A stretch of 33,355 nucleotides of DNA. It comes from Basidiobolus meristosporus CBS 931.73 (taxonomy: Eukaryota > Fungi > Basidiobolomycota). The position numbers and the translations under genes were made by a program. The stretch is from positions 1 to 33,355 of the forward strand of contig MCFE01000821.1 of NCBI GenBank assembly GCA_002104905.1, in the 5' to 3' direction. Under the pieces are notes generated by a model. It saw only the letters and a list, made by a program, of their open reading frames with translations. It was not told the origin of the DNA and made no database searches. Positions 9,524-20,059 of this stretch are shown piece after piece. How positions within the stretch are numbered: the stretch's first letter is position 1; the number at the start of each line of letters is the position of its first letter.

Positions 9524-12500
9524 CCCTACAAAAAATAACTTGGTCCTGCAGGTGGATCCAAGCTGGATCAGCTGCCAAGATCATGTCAGGAGACTGCAAT
9601 AATACCAACAGCTTTGAGTGAATGGACATCTACATAATCTTACAATGGATTCACAAGAGCATTTAGCTCACTTTACAGCCAAATAAAGTTAAAAATATAA
9701 TGGTGTTTGTACAGCATTTTGCCAAGGGTGGCATGGCATTGTTGTGGTCTTAATGTGCTCTACAACTACTTGACTGGAGCTAATTGGCCAGTACATCTAA
9801 TTGCCTTATGTGGTAAAAACCTGACAGTGTTTTGATGGCCTCATTGTAAGCCTCTGATGGCATTATTATGGCAGTGTGGTGGCCTACAGCTGGTTCTGTG
9901 TAATCTTACTGTACCAATTTACCAAGTGGTACTTCTATTTCTACCTGCCCTTGCACAATTTATATACTACACTGTAGAGTGGCACATCTTTATTTACTTA
10001 CCCACTACTTTCTTGGGTATTCCACATGTAGTTTGATTCAAAAGATACTACGGCCTCCTGCTTAATAACTACCAAAAATGTGAACACCTGCTGCAATTGA
10101 CATACTTCTATTACCTCAACTTTATGGCTCTACAGTGTGATACTTGCCAAGTTGCCATATACCTTGTATTGCTGGTAATATATACATCTTGCAAACATAT
10201 GCTTAGTTGCCGCCACTTCTGCCATGAATACCTCCTAAATATCTGCAAAGAACTATTTTGTACTTAGCCAATATATTTCTTCTCCCTGCTGGATTCTAGT
10301 CCCCCTTGTAGGTGTGCCCTGGCTCTTGTTTGTGTAAGTTCCATATTGAATTGTGTAGAAGTTGGCTTGCGACCAAGAGAAATCTGGTACACCTTGGTGG
10401 AGTTCTTCTAATAAAAGTTATTTGCTTTTGCACCCAACCCAACTTTGCATTACTTTACTGATTACCCACTCATTGGGGTTGCTTAGCTTCTTGATGCCAT
10501 AGGCATAGGTGTTGCCATGTGCGCATTTGTCCTCAATATTTTCCACCTCTTCATTGCTGTCCTCTATATGCCAACTCATCAAATCCATGATGGACTTGAA
10601 GGTAGTACTTTGGATGAGATTGTGATATGGTAGTACCTGCAACTTGACTTGTCTTCCTATCTCCCTGCATATCTGCTCCATAGGAAACTCCCAAAAGGTT
10701 AAGTAAGGTCCAATATTCTCAACACACTAAGCAAGATGGAGTAGCAAATGGATACAGTAGCAGTAGAGATCTATGTGTTCAGCTTTATATATATAATATA
10801 GCTGTTGAAACTCCATCTCAAACTCTTTGCACAAAAGCTGTAGATGTGTCAAGTTAGTATTGGTGATCTGCTTCTGGATGAATATTCCTACAATGTCCAC
10901 ATATGACTCCCAGTGCTTCCAATGTACTCTTGGTGGAAATGGCTCCAGAAGGCCACTCAAATAAATACAAATCTAGTTTGCTCAGTTCTTGCACTTATAT
11001 TGCTGCATATTTGTATGAATGCTGCTTAGAGCCCATGACATGTACCTTGGGTAGCAGATACTTGATAATATCTTGCCAATTTTTTCAGATTTCTGTGGTA
11101 TATCAAAGGACTCATTTAGCCTGATATGCCCCTTGTACAACTTGGTTATCAGTTTAAGGATATTGCTAAAAAGCAAATGTATTGCTCAAAGTGGAAAGCT
11201 TTTACTCCCACTGATCCCCTCTGTCTTAAGTAGCCCTGATTTCCAATTAATTCCATATTCCAGTCAATAGCTGACAGTTTACCAACTTTGCTGTAATTGT
11301 GTGCTTACTTCTGTAAATTCTCTCTCCCAAAAGATGATCTTCTTAGTGTAGGTATATGGGTAACAATAATGCACATGAGTTATAAAGTAAGTCCCCTGGA
11401 TATCCCAAGCTTGACAGCAATACTGTTCAATGTGCCAAGAGAAGCCAGCTATCTTGCTATGCAGATAATAATAGGCACTTTAACATGATGATCATTTACT
11501 GTTATTCTGCTGGAAAGTGCACAAAATATCCAGCAATGGATACAGGCAGCCATCCAGGTTGGATACTGATTTGGGCCCAGATACCAATGAGACTACCATC
11601 AGATCTCTCCTTGCATCTTAGCAACTTGTAACATATGTCATCAGATATATTGGATATGTATGCGCTTGGTTGATACTGAGTGCATTATTTTATAGCCCCA
11701 CAATATATGTTGGACTGCATGCGCTTCTTTAGGTGGGGTATTGCAAAGATATATCTGTGGTATGAGCAATGTTTTCCCCAAAGGTGGTGGATTCCTGACA
11801 AGTTGGACACTTTGTAATGGTGGCATTTTCTGATGTGAATGTCACGCACCTGCTAACACAGGCTTTTATCAGGATGGTCCCTGGGTCATATGTTGCCAGC
11901 TGTGTAATAGTTTTTCCATTTACAATATGTACATGGTAAGTTGCATCCTGGGATGCTGATGGCAAGATGTACAAGTATATTCTCAAAGCCTCCATTACAA
12001 TAAAACATACCACTTCTCTAGCCACAACATTACATCATTCAACAGAAATGGACTACTATGCTTACTTAACTCCGTAAAGTATCTGTGGCACTTTTTTTCA
12101 GCAGGTGTTATCTCATTGCATATTGGGATTTTGCCAGGCTCATGCAGAATACTATTGTGTGGGGAGATAGGCTCAACATCCATCATTCAGCCTGCTTCCA
12201 AGCTATCACTCCGCATGCCATATTTGGAAGGCGGGGGTGAGCCCAATGGTGTCATAAGCTCACCTAACTCAGTTTGTGCAAGGTGACAAGTATGGCAAGG
12301 TGCTGTTATAGAAGTATCTAGTGTCTAGCAAGATATTGTAGGTACAGTAGTGACTGATGAATGGTCAAATATGACTACTATGGCAAATATATAGCCATGA
12401 TCTGTGCAACACTTCCTATGCTATCTTCATGTCTCATGGCTGAGAGGCTTGCTACAATAGCCACATGGACTTTTTTCTCTTCTCTTACAGCATTGAATCT

Positions 12501-12600
12501 AAGTAGGCTTGTCCATAAGGTAAAGAGTTTGACACTCAACAACATAATGTCATCAAAACATTTTTTGTCAATACTTATGTGAATTTATGACAGTCTTGTA
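9524..12600 (-). mobile_element. CACTA-like element, right end and near-complete transposase (copy B)
   Basis: Terminus CCCTACAAAAAATAACTTGGTCC. Segment 11500-12600 is the reverse complement homologue of 8545-9400. Confidence 0.88.
10000..12500 (-). pseudogene. CACTA/EnSpm-like transposase, degenerate
   Basis: Motifs in order: CVSRCVTFTSENATITKCPTC; LMVVSLVSGPKSVSNLDGCLYPLLD; SKIAGFSWHIEQYCCQAWDIQG; LFSNILKLITKLYKG; EFEMEFQQLYY..KAEHIDLYCYCIHLLLHLA; FPMEQICREIGRQVK. Confidence 0.9.
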
Positions 12601-13224
12601 AGCTGTGATACATCCTAATCTCTGACAATTCTCTCCTATATAAGCTAAGTCTGCCAAAAATTTCTCCTGTCTGCTGAGTTCTGGACAGTTCTCTACCCAG
12701 AGTGCGTTGTTGGGCCTACTTCCAGCAAATGGCCCACTAAACCCAATGATGTTATCCTCAATGTCAGACAGTACTTGAAACTTCACACAGTGCACCTTGT
12801 ACTTGCCAGAATGAAATTGCCACTGCCATCTAGAAGGTCTGTTAATACTGAATGGGAAGGTATCTAAAATACTCCTGATATGGAACCTGTTGCTGAACAC
12901 TCTGGGATATGGAAGTCTATTGGAGCTTCTGAACCTAGAATTTCAAGCTTGCTCCAGGTCATTCATACCCTCTACATGGTGGTTCTCCATTGCTGTCAGC
13001 TGGGAATGAAAGCTTCTAGGATTTTGGTAGCCATAGATGGTGGGATGAAGACTTATGGAGCAATGGTTCTTGTAATAGCAGAGAAGCTTAACAATGGATC
13101 TCCTTGATTAGATTAGGGTAGTTGGTCCACAGAACTAGGTATTGATGTCCTCTAGTGTGTCAAAAGGAAATCAAGTGGTTGTGATGCAATCAATGAAAAA
13201 AGACCATTCAGATGAGTAAGTCAT
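12600..13224 (-). pseudogene. DDE_Tnp_4-family (IS5/PIF-Harbinger/ISL2EU-like) transposase, C-terminally truncated
   Basis: One frame: MTYSSEW...FPFDTLEDI...RRSIVKLLCYYK...ILDTFPFSINRP...HSGKYKVHCVKFQVLSDIEDNIIGFSGPFAGSRPN...FLADLAYIG, with internal stops. The region holding the catalytic E is missing. Confidence 0.85.
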
Positions 13225-13524
13225 ATTAAAATTGGCAGATGATTGGGCTGAGGTGATTTGTATTGTTTTGGTGCAATCAGCTATATATATCTGGTTTTCA
13301 GGCATTATGATGAAATCACCATCAACTGCCATGTATCTCATTGTTATGTTGCAAAAATCATCCTCAAACAATGACTTGGTATTTTTATTGATGCTTTACA
13401 TACAAGCCTATATTCAAATAAGAAATCAGCAATTGATGTGTTCTGATATGTGCCAATGCAATCCAAGATGCATCATGTATGACACATGAAAAATTCAACA
13501 ATCACATTAGTTTTCATATGTTTA
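12600..13524 (-). mobile_element. PIF/Harbinger/ISL2EU-like element, left part of the outer copy
   Basis: Transposase plus intergenic region. Segment 13110-13520 is duplicated at 14070-14480. The outer copy resumes after 17567. Confidence 0.7.
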
Positions 13525-13776
13525 GACTTGTTCCGTTGCATATTGCAACATTGAGCCATGAGTGCCAAATGATGCCATAGTGTGCCAGGGAGGCCAAGTA
13601 AACCTATACTTGGCCACAGAGTGTGATACATAGCTCTGCATCTTCATGCAAAGCAGCCCTTGTGCTTCTCTAATGATGCAGGAGAAATATCCATTTTGAC
13701 GTTTTTTTGTGGATCAATGTTGTGCAGGATGTATAAGAGCACAGAAGAGCTGCAGTCATGCATCAGGTACTCAATA
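13525..13776 (-). repeat. Inverted copy of the PIF-like right end (about 250 bp)
   Basis: Starts GACTTGTTCCGTTGCATATTGCAACATTGAG. Its reverse complement aligns to about 17320-17567. Confidence 0.8.
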
Positions 13777-14002
13777 CCCATGGCACTCTGAATCTAGCTC
13801 CTGTGGCTTGCAACATGTCACAAAAATGCATGGCACCATCTTGGTCCAATGGTACAATCTGGCACTGAATTTAATTATTGGCCTTAGGGTAAGATCTATA
13901 TAAAGCACTTATATTGCCAGATAGTACCATTGGACCAAGATAGTGCCATACATTTTTGTGACATGTTGCAAGCCACAGGAGCTAGATTCAGAGAGCCATG
14001 GG
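13777..14002. mobile_element. Foldback MITE, 226 bp, with 88-bp terminal inverted repeats and a 50-bp spacer
   Basis: Arms 13777-13864 and 13915-14002 differ at 4 of 88 positions. CCC...GGG termini. Flanked by TA (left) and CA (right), a possible mutated 2-bp TSD. Confidence 0.8.
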
Positions 14003-14538
14003 CATTAGACTTGTTCTGTTGGATAGTGCCACATAGTGAAGCTTAACAAGGGATCTCCTTGAATATATTGGGATAGATGAACCACAGTACTTGGTATAGA
14101 TCTCCTCTAGTACGTCAAAAGGAAATCCAGTGGTAGTGATGGGATTGATGAGAAAAGAACATTCAGATGAGTAAGTCATATTAAAGTTTGTAGATGAACA
14201 GGCCAATGTGATTCAAATCAATTTGGCATGATCAGCTTTATTTATCTGATTTTGCATGCATTATGATTAAATCTCCATCAATTGCTATGTATCCCATCAT
14301 TATGTAGAAAAAATCATCCTCAAACAATGACCAGGTATTTTTATTGATGTATTACTCACATGTGTATAATCAAACAGGTAATCTGCAATTAATGTGTTCT
14401 GATCTGTGTCAATATGATCTAAGATGCATCATGCACAATATATGGAAAATTCAACAATCACATTAGTTTTCATATATATTTCATATAAGACCAGGTTAAT
14501 GCCAATACACCACTGTATAAGTATCCAAATCCACCACT

Positions 14539-15381
14539 ATGGTCCCTATACCAAGTCTCAACTCATCTTTAGTTCAACCCAGACAAAACCCATCCCCCAG
14601 CTCAGAAGCATGGTCTGGACCAGAAAAGGCATTGTTGGATCTGTTTGAGTTCTTGCCAAATGCTTTCAGTATGGCCCAAGTGTCTATGATGAGCCTTCAT
14701 ACAGATATTTGGGCACTACTCATTAATCTAGCAGAACTAGATACCTCAGAGAGTCAACAGAGATGGATGAACCTGAGTAGAAAGCTGTGGCATGAGTTCT
14801 ACATCAAGATGCCAGTGGATGTATGTAAAATGACATATAACAAGACAAGTATTGAAATTAAGAATGAGCTGAGAGTGAGGGGATTTGATGAGGAAGCCGC
14901 ATAAGAATGTTTCCACACGCAATTTGCTCAGTGCGGGCCCAACACATCTGTTTGTGCCTCAGCTTTAGGAACCAAAGAGACTTTGAATGAGTTTTTGCCT
15001 CAAATGACTAATGAATTATGTGATATATTAGTAGAGCTAAGTGGCTTCTGAGAGCAATATACACAGGACTCATACAGGCAACAGTTGCAAGGTATTAGAC
15101 AGAGGGTAAGTAAATACTTTGAGGAATAAGCAGGTGAGCTTCAAGAGGAAGAATACAGACTGCAAGCAACATTGTCTGGATTGCGCCAGCACACCTTGCT
15201 GGATTCCTTACCATCCCTTGCAACTGCAGCGCGCTGATGCACGTCAGTCCAAATTATACCAACACCCTTCACAAGAGCGCCCCACATTGACTCAACATAT
15301 ATTGGGTCAATGCATGTGCTTCAGAGTAAGACCACCAGAGCCTGCCAAACTGCTCAAAAAGACACAAGTCCATTGGAGTGG
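14539..15381 (+). pseudogene. PIF-like element ORF2, copy 1 (stops; interrupted by a solo LTR; frame likely continues 16186 to about 16575)
   Basis: Collinear with 17630-18382 (LFEFLPNAFSMAQVSMM.LHTDIWALLINLAELD..ESQQRWMNLSRKL). TAA at 14902-14904 replaces the TGG of copy 2. Confidence 0.7.
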
Positions 15382-16185
15382 TGTGGTAGGGTAAGCATAC
15401 CTCCCACTGACAAGTTTATTCATATAGTCATTATGATATACTTATCCATATTTTATCTTTACAGTATTATCCCATTCTTCTTTTGCCCATATTATCAGTA
15501 TTATCCCCATATGATGTTTACCCTGATTAGTTGTTAGCATTAGTTATCCCAGATGTTATTCAGCTTTGTGATCAGTGTATGTATCTACATAAGGTAAGTA
15601 CCTGTGTCAGTACCTGTGACACATGACCTAGGTCTGTGTTACCATCCCTACCATTTCAATACCATATTTGGTATATATATGTTGCACAGGCTTCAGACTA
15701 CTGATTCCTGATTGGTTGAATGTGCTGTGCCTTTTAGAACCTTCCAGGACATTCTTGGCATATTTTTAGCTCATAGTGATGTCATCAAGAATTCCACTGA
15801 TACCCAGAATCTTCTAGAACCTTGTCATTAGTAATCACTTGGCAATCAGGAGAAGTATTTAAGGGAAAGCAATCCCTCATCAATAAATCATCCCTTCTAT
15901 CAGTGATACTTCTACCTTATTGATTAGCAGTTGATCACTGCACCTGCCTTCAACAATACATCTCAGACCTGCCATCAAGGAGCTTTTCAGGGTAGTGCAC
16001 AAGACACACAGAGGCCTTTGGAGACACTTGGAGCACCTAGGAAGCTAGAAAAGCAGGTGCTTTTATCAAAGTGACATATTGACAAAGACACCAGCAGTTT
16101 AGACCCAGAGGTTATTGCACCCATCAGACACCTCACACACCTTGAGTTTTGTAGCTTCTCCCAGGAGTACCTCTACACCACCACA
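15382..16185 (+). repeat. Probable solo LTR (804 bp, Gypsy-like)
   Basis: TGTGGT...ACCACA termini. Absent from ORF2 copy 2, whose sequence is rejoined across it. 4-bp flanks GTGG and GCAG are both derivable from GCGG. Internal TATTTAA and AATAAA around 15855-15890. Confidence 0.6.
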
Positions 16186-17629
16186 GCAGGCCAAGTCATG
16201 TCAACAAGTGGTACCATATTGAACTCAGCCAAAGGCCATATCAGCACATCAAGTTGTGTCTGCACATGCCATTACACCTGACCATCAGCAAGTTTCTTCT
16301 GGTGAACTGACTGATGATCACCCACATGAAGTGCCTCCACAACATGAGCCTTTGGCAAGTAAAAGAATGCATTAGTGCATAGCACTGCAGGCCAGCTCAG
16401 TTGCATCATCCGGAGCAATTCAGTGTGGCCAAGCTGCAGCATTGCACTCATCAACTAGGAGGCAAAATACTGACTACAAATACACAAGTAACCAAGAGGA
16501 TAGTCAACAAGAAAGTAGTTTAGGTGTGCAAAGTGAATCAATATCAAATGCTTCAGTAGTAATCCCTGTGAGAAAAAAGCCTAGGAGAAGATGATGCAAT
16601 TGCATTGAATTGCTGTTATATGTAATGATTCAAACAACGCATTTTTTTTGCAATCCGCATTGAGCCATTGCAAATCAGTGATCACTAAATTTTTGATACA
16701 AGCAGTATTAAGGTTGTCTCCCATTTGAGACAGGACCCCTATAAATAAACACCCTGCATATGTATACATCATCTGTGGCACCAGTGCAGCCATTTGATCC
16801 AATTTGCACTCGTACAAACAGTTGCGTGCTAGCTATGACACCTTGTCCAATCACTAAGATCAGGGATTTACTTGCTTAATGGGCAAAATGGGATATTTAA
16901 TGGCAAATCAGGTAGCTTGTTTATTGGGCAAAGAGCCAATTGGGGGCTGAAAGCTTCAGGATACTTTTGGACCAATTAGCCCCTGAGATACCATCCAATT
17001 GGAGTGATGGTAACCAAAAAGGTAAGTATCAGTGTAGTTTATAGTGCGATATGCATTTATTTCCATTTACATTAAAGAAACATTTCCAAATACCGGAATT
17101 TACATACCATAATAGTGGTATCCAATTGCACACATGATGTAACCATTACAAGTGGGTGCAATCATATATGCCAACCTCATTGTGTCAGATTGTGCCATAG
17201 TGTGCAAGATTGTCCAAGAGTGATCCTGCCTACTGGGAGCTACAATATTGCACCCAATTGCTCTTTAAGACCACAGATTGCGCTGCATGCCCTGGCACAG
17301 TACAATGGAAGAAGTCTACAAAGTACCAGATGCATATCTTCAATTGCTTTGTGCTCTGATACATCCTGCGCAACATTGACCATGAAAATGGTCAAAAAAT
17401 GGATTTTCTCCAACACAATGGGTGAAACACAGGTGCTGCTTTGCACAAAGATGCAGAGCTATGCTTTACACTCTGTGGCCAAGTATAGGCTCACTTGGCC
17501 TCCCTGACACACTAATGCATCATTTGGCACTCATGTCTCAATGTGGCACTATCCAATGGAACAGGTATATTTCATATACAACCAGGTTGATGCCAATACA
17601 CTTCTGTATAGGGATCCAAATCTGTCACT

Positions 17630-18382
17630 TTGGTCACTATACCAAGACTCAACTCATCTTTAGTACAACCCAAACAAAACCCATCCCCCAACTCACAAGT
17701 GCAATCTGGACTGGAAAAGTCAATGTTGGATCCATTTGAGTTCTTGCCAAATGATTTCAGTATGGCCCAAGTGTCTATGATGATCCTTCATACAGATATT
17801 TGGGCACTACTCATTAATTTAGCAGAACTAGATACCTTGGAGAGTCAACAGAGATGGATGAACCTGAGTAGAAAGCTGTGCCATGAGTTATACTTCAAGA
17901 TGCAAGCAGATGTATGTCAGAAGATACATAACAAGACAAGTATTGAAATCAAGAATGAGCTGAGAGTGAGGGGATTTGATGAGGAAGCCACATGGGAACA
18001 ATTCTGCGTGCAGTTTGCTAAGTATGGGCCGGACATGTCTGTTTGTGCCTTGACTTTGGAAACAAAAGGGATTTTGAATGAGTTTTTGCCTCAAATGACT
18101 AATGTATTACATGATACATTAGTAGAGCTAAGCGGGCTTCAAGAGCAACATACACAGGACTCATCCAGGCAACAGTCTCTAAGTATCAGACAGAGCATAA
18201 GTGAATACCTTGAGGAATCAGAAGGTGAGCTTCAAGTGGAAGAATACAGACTGCAAGCAACAGCATCTAGATCATGCCAGCACGCCCTGCTGGATTCCTT
18301 ACTATCCCTTGCAACTTCAGCGTGCCAGTGCATGTCAGTCCAAACTATGCCAGCACCCTTCACAAAAGCACCCCACATATAG
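17630..18382 (+). CDS. PIF-like element ORF2, copy 2 (250 open codons, unknown function, possibly Myb/SANT-like)
   Basis: Longest non-Copia ORF in the window, conserved in frame with copy 1. The listed start is TTG here and ATG in copy 1. Its TAG stop aligns to a sense codon in copy 1, so the ancestral ORF was longer. Confidence 0.55.
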   Translation: MVTIPRLNSSLVQPKQNPSPNSQVQSGLEKSMLDPFEFLPNDFSMAQVSMMILHTDIWALLINLAELDTLESQQRWMNLSRKLCHELYFKMQADVCQKIHNKTSIEIKNELRVRGFDEEATWEQFCVQFAKYGPDMSVCALTLETKGILNEFLPQMTNVLHDTLVELSGLQEQHTQDSSRQQSLSIRQSISEYLEESEGELQVEEYRLQATASRSCQHALLDSLLSLATSACQCMSVQTMPAPFTKAPHI

Positions 18383-18554
18383 TCAATGCATGTTGGGTCA
18401 ACATGCATGCTTCAGAGCAAAACCACCAGAACTAGCATTGGAGCAAGCCAAGTTGTGTCAACAAGCAGTATCATTCCAAACTCAGCCAAGGGCCATGCAT
18501 TCACATCAACTTGTTCCTGCATGTACCATTACACCTGACCATCAGCAGGTTTCT

Positions 18555-20057
18555 TATGTGGGGAGATAGGAAGACCAGTCAAGTTGCAGGTACTACCATA
18601 TCCCAATCTTATCAAGAATATTACCTTCAAGTCCGTCATAGATGTGATGAGTTGGCACATGGAGGACAGCCAGGAATAGTTGGAAAGTACTGAGGACAAA
18701 TTTGCACATGGAGACATCTATGCCTATTGCTTTAAGAAGCTAAGCAGCCCAAATGTGTGGGTAATCAGCTCAGTAATATAAAGTTAGGTTGGGTGCAACA
18801 AGAATTAATTATTACTAGGAAACTCTACCAAGGTATGCCAGTTTTTTCTGGGTCACAAGCCAGCTTCTACACCATTTAATACAGAACTCACACAAACAAG
18901 AGCCAGGGTGCACATATATGGGGGACTAGAATCCGGCAGGGGGAAGGAATATATTGGCTAAATACTAAGAAGTTCTTTGCAGATATTCCAGAAGTGCTTA
19001 AGGAAGAAGTGGCAACAACCAAGCATATGTCTGCCAGATATATATGCTACCAGTAGTACAAGGTATATGGCAACTTTGAAAGTATCACACTAAAAAGCTG
19101 TAAAGTTAAGGTAACAGAAATATGTGAATTGCACCAGGTGTGTATGTTTGAAGAGGGTAGTAAGCAGGAGGCCATAGTTTCTTTGGATTCAAACTACATG
19201 TGAAGTATCCACAATAGTAGTTGGTAAGCAAGCCAAGAGGGATGATTCTGTTGAAATATTAGAGAGATATATTGGAAGTGAGTTGGAGAATTAGAAGATT
19301 TACATGATATTCACTTGATGTTTTATTGAGTTGCAACACAGTATTTATACTTATTGCAGAATTACATAAATGTGACTATTTGGTCATTATCAGGGGAGTC
19401 TCAGGAGTACATGTGCCAAGTTTCAGCTCATTTGGACAAGCTTCAGATTTTCCTAAAATTCTGTACTTCTCTAATTCCTAATAATTAGTAAATATCTTAC
19501 AAACTAATTTCCATGTTGATCATCTGAAATATATCATTTCACTAAGTGCTAGTTCATAATATATTAATAATTAGGTGGACTCCGAATTATTTCAACAGAT
19601 TCTACATTGGAATACATGAATAGCACAAGGGGAGGTAGAAAAGGATATAGCATTTGGTTAGTTGGTACTGTAGCACTATACAGAGCCAGCTTTGAGCCAC
19701 CATACTACCAATATAATGCCATTGGAGTTTTGTATAAAGCTCATCAAAATACCGTCACATTTCTTGCCATATGAAGCAATTAGATGTCCTGGCTGGTTGG
19801 ATCCATTTACAATATTTGTTGAGCACAAAAGGACTGCAACAATACCATGCAATTATTTTTACAGCACCAATCAATCCCTGTCAAGTTTTATCACTTTATT
19901 TGGTAGTAAAATTAGCAAGACATCATTGTGTTCCTTTTGAAGATTGTTAAGAGGGTCACTAATTCCAAGCTGCTGGTATAATGATGGCCTTTCAATGGGA
20001 TCCTGACAGCTGATCCAGATGGGATCCACCCATGGGACCAAATTATTTTTCATAGAG
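18555..20057 (+). mobile_element. CACTA-like element, transposase C-terminus and right end (copy C), interrupted by a solo LTR
   Basis: Collinear with the reverse complement of 9524-10670. Ends ...GGACCAAATTATTTTTCATAGAG (reverse: CTCTATGAAAAATAAT). Confidence 0.8.
19249..19597 (-). repeat. Solo LTR, Copia-type family B (349 bp)
   Basis: TGTTGAAAT...TTTCAACA with perfect 5-bp TSD GATTC (19244-19248 and 19598-19602). Same family as 25612-26333. Confidence 0.92.
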
Positions 20058-20059
20058 TG

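Larger units (their letters stand above)
14008..17567. mobile_element. PIF-like internal-deletion derivative nested in the outer copy
   Basis: Left TIR GACTTGTTCTGTTGGATAGTGCCACAT (14008-14034, preceded by TTA) joined directly to the transposase N-terminus (14035-14179, - strand). Then the intergenic region, ORF2, and a right TIR ATGTGGCACTATCCAATGGAACAGGTA ending at 17567. Confidence 0.7.

Noticed and set aside
13515-13530. A TTA/TAA TSD for the PIF-like composite insertion
   Set aside because: The left flank has TTA but the right flank (17567-17570) reads ATAT, so the duplication cannot be demonstrated.
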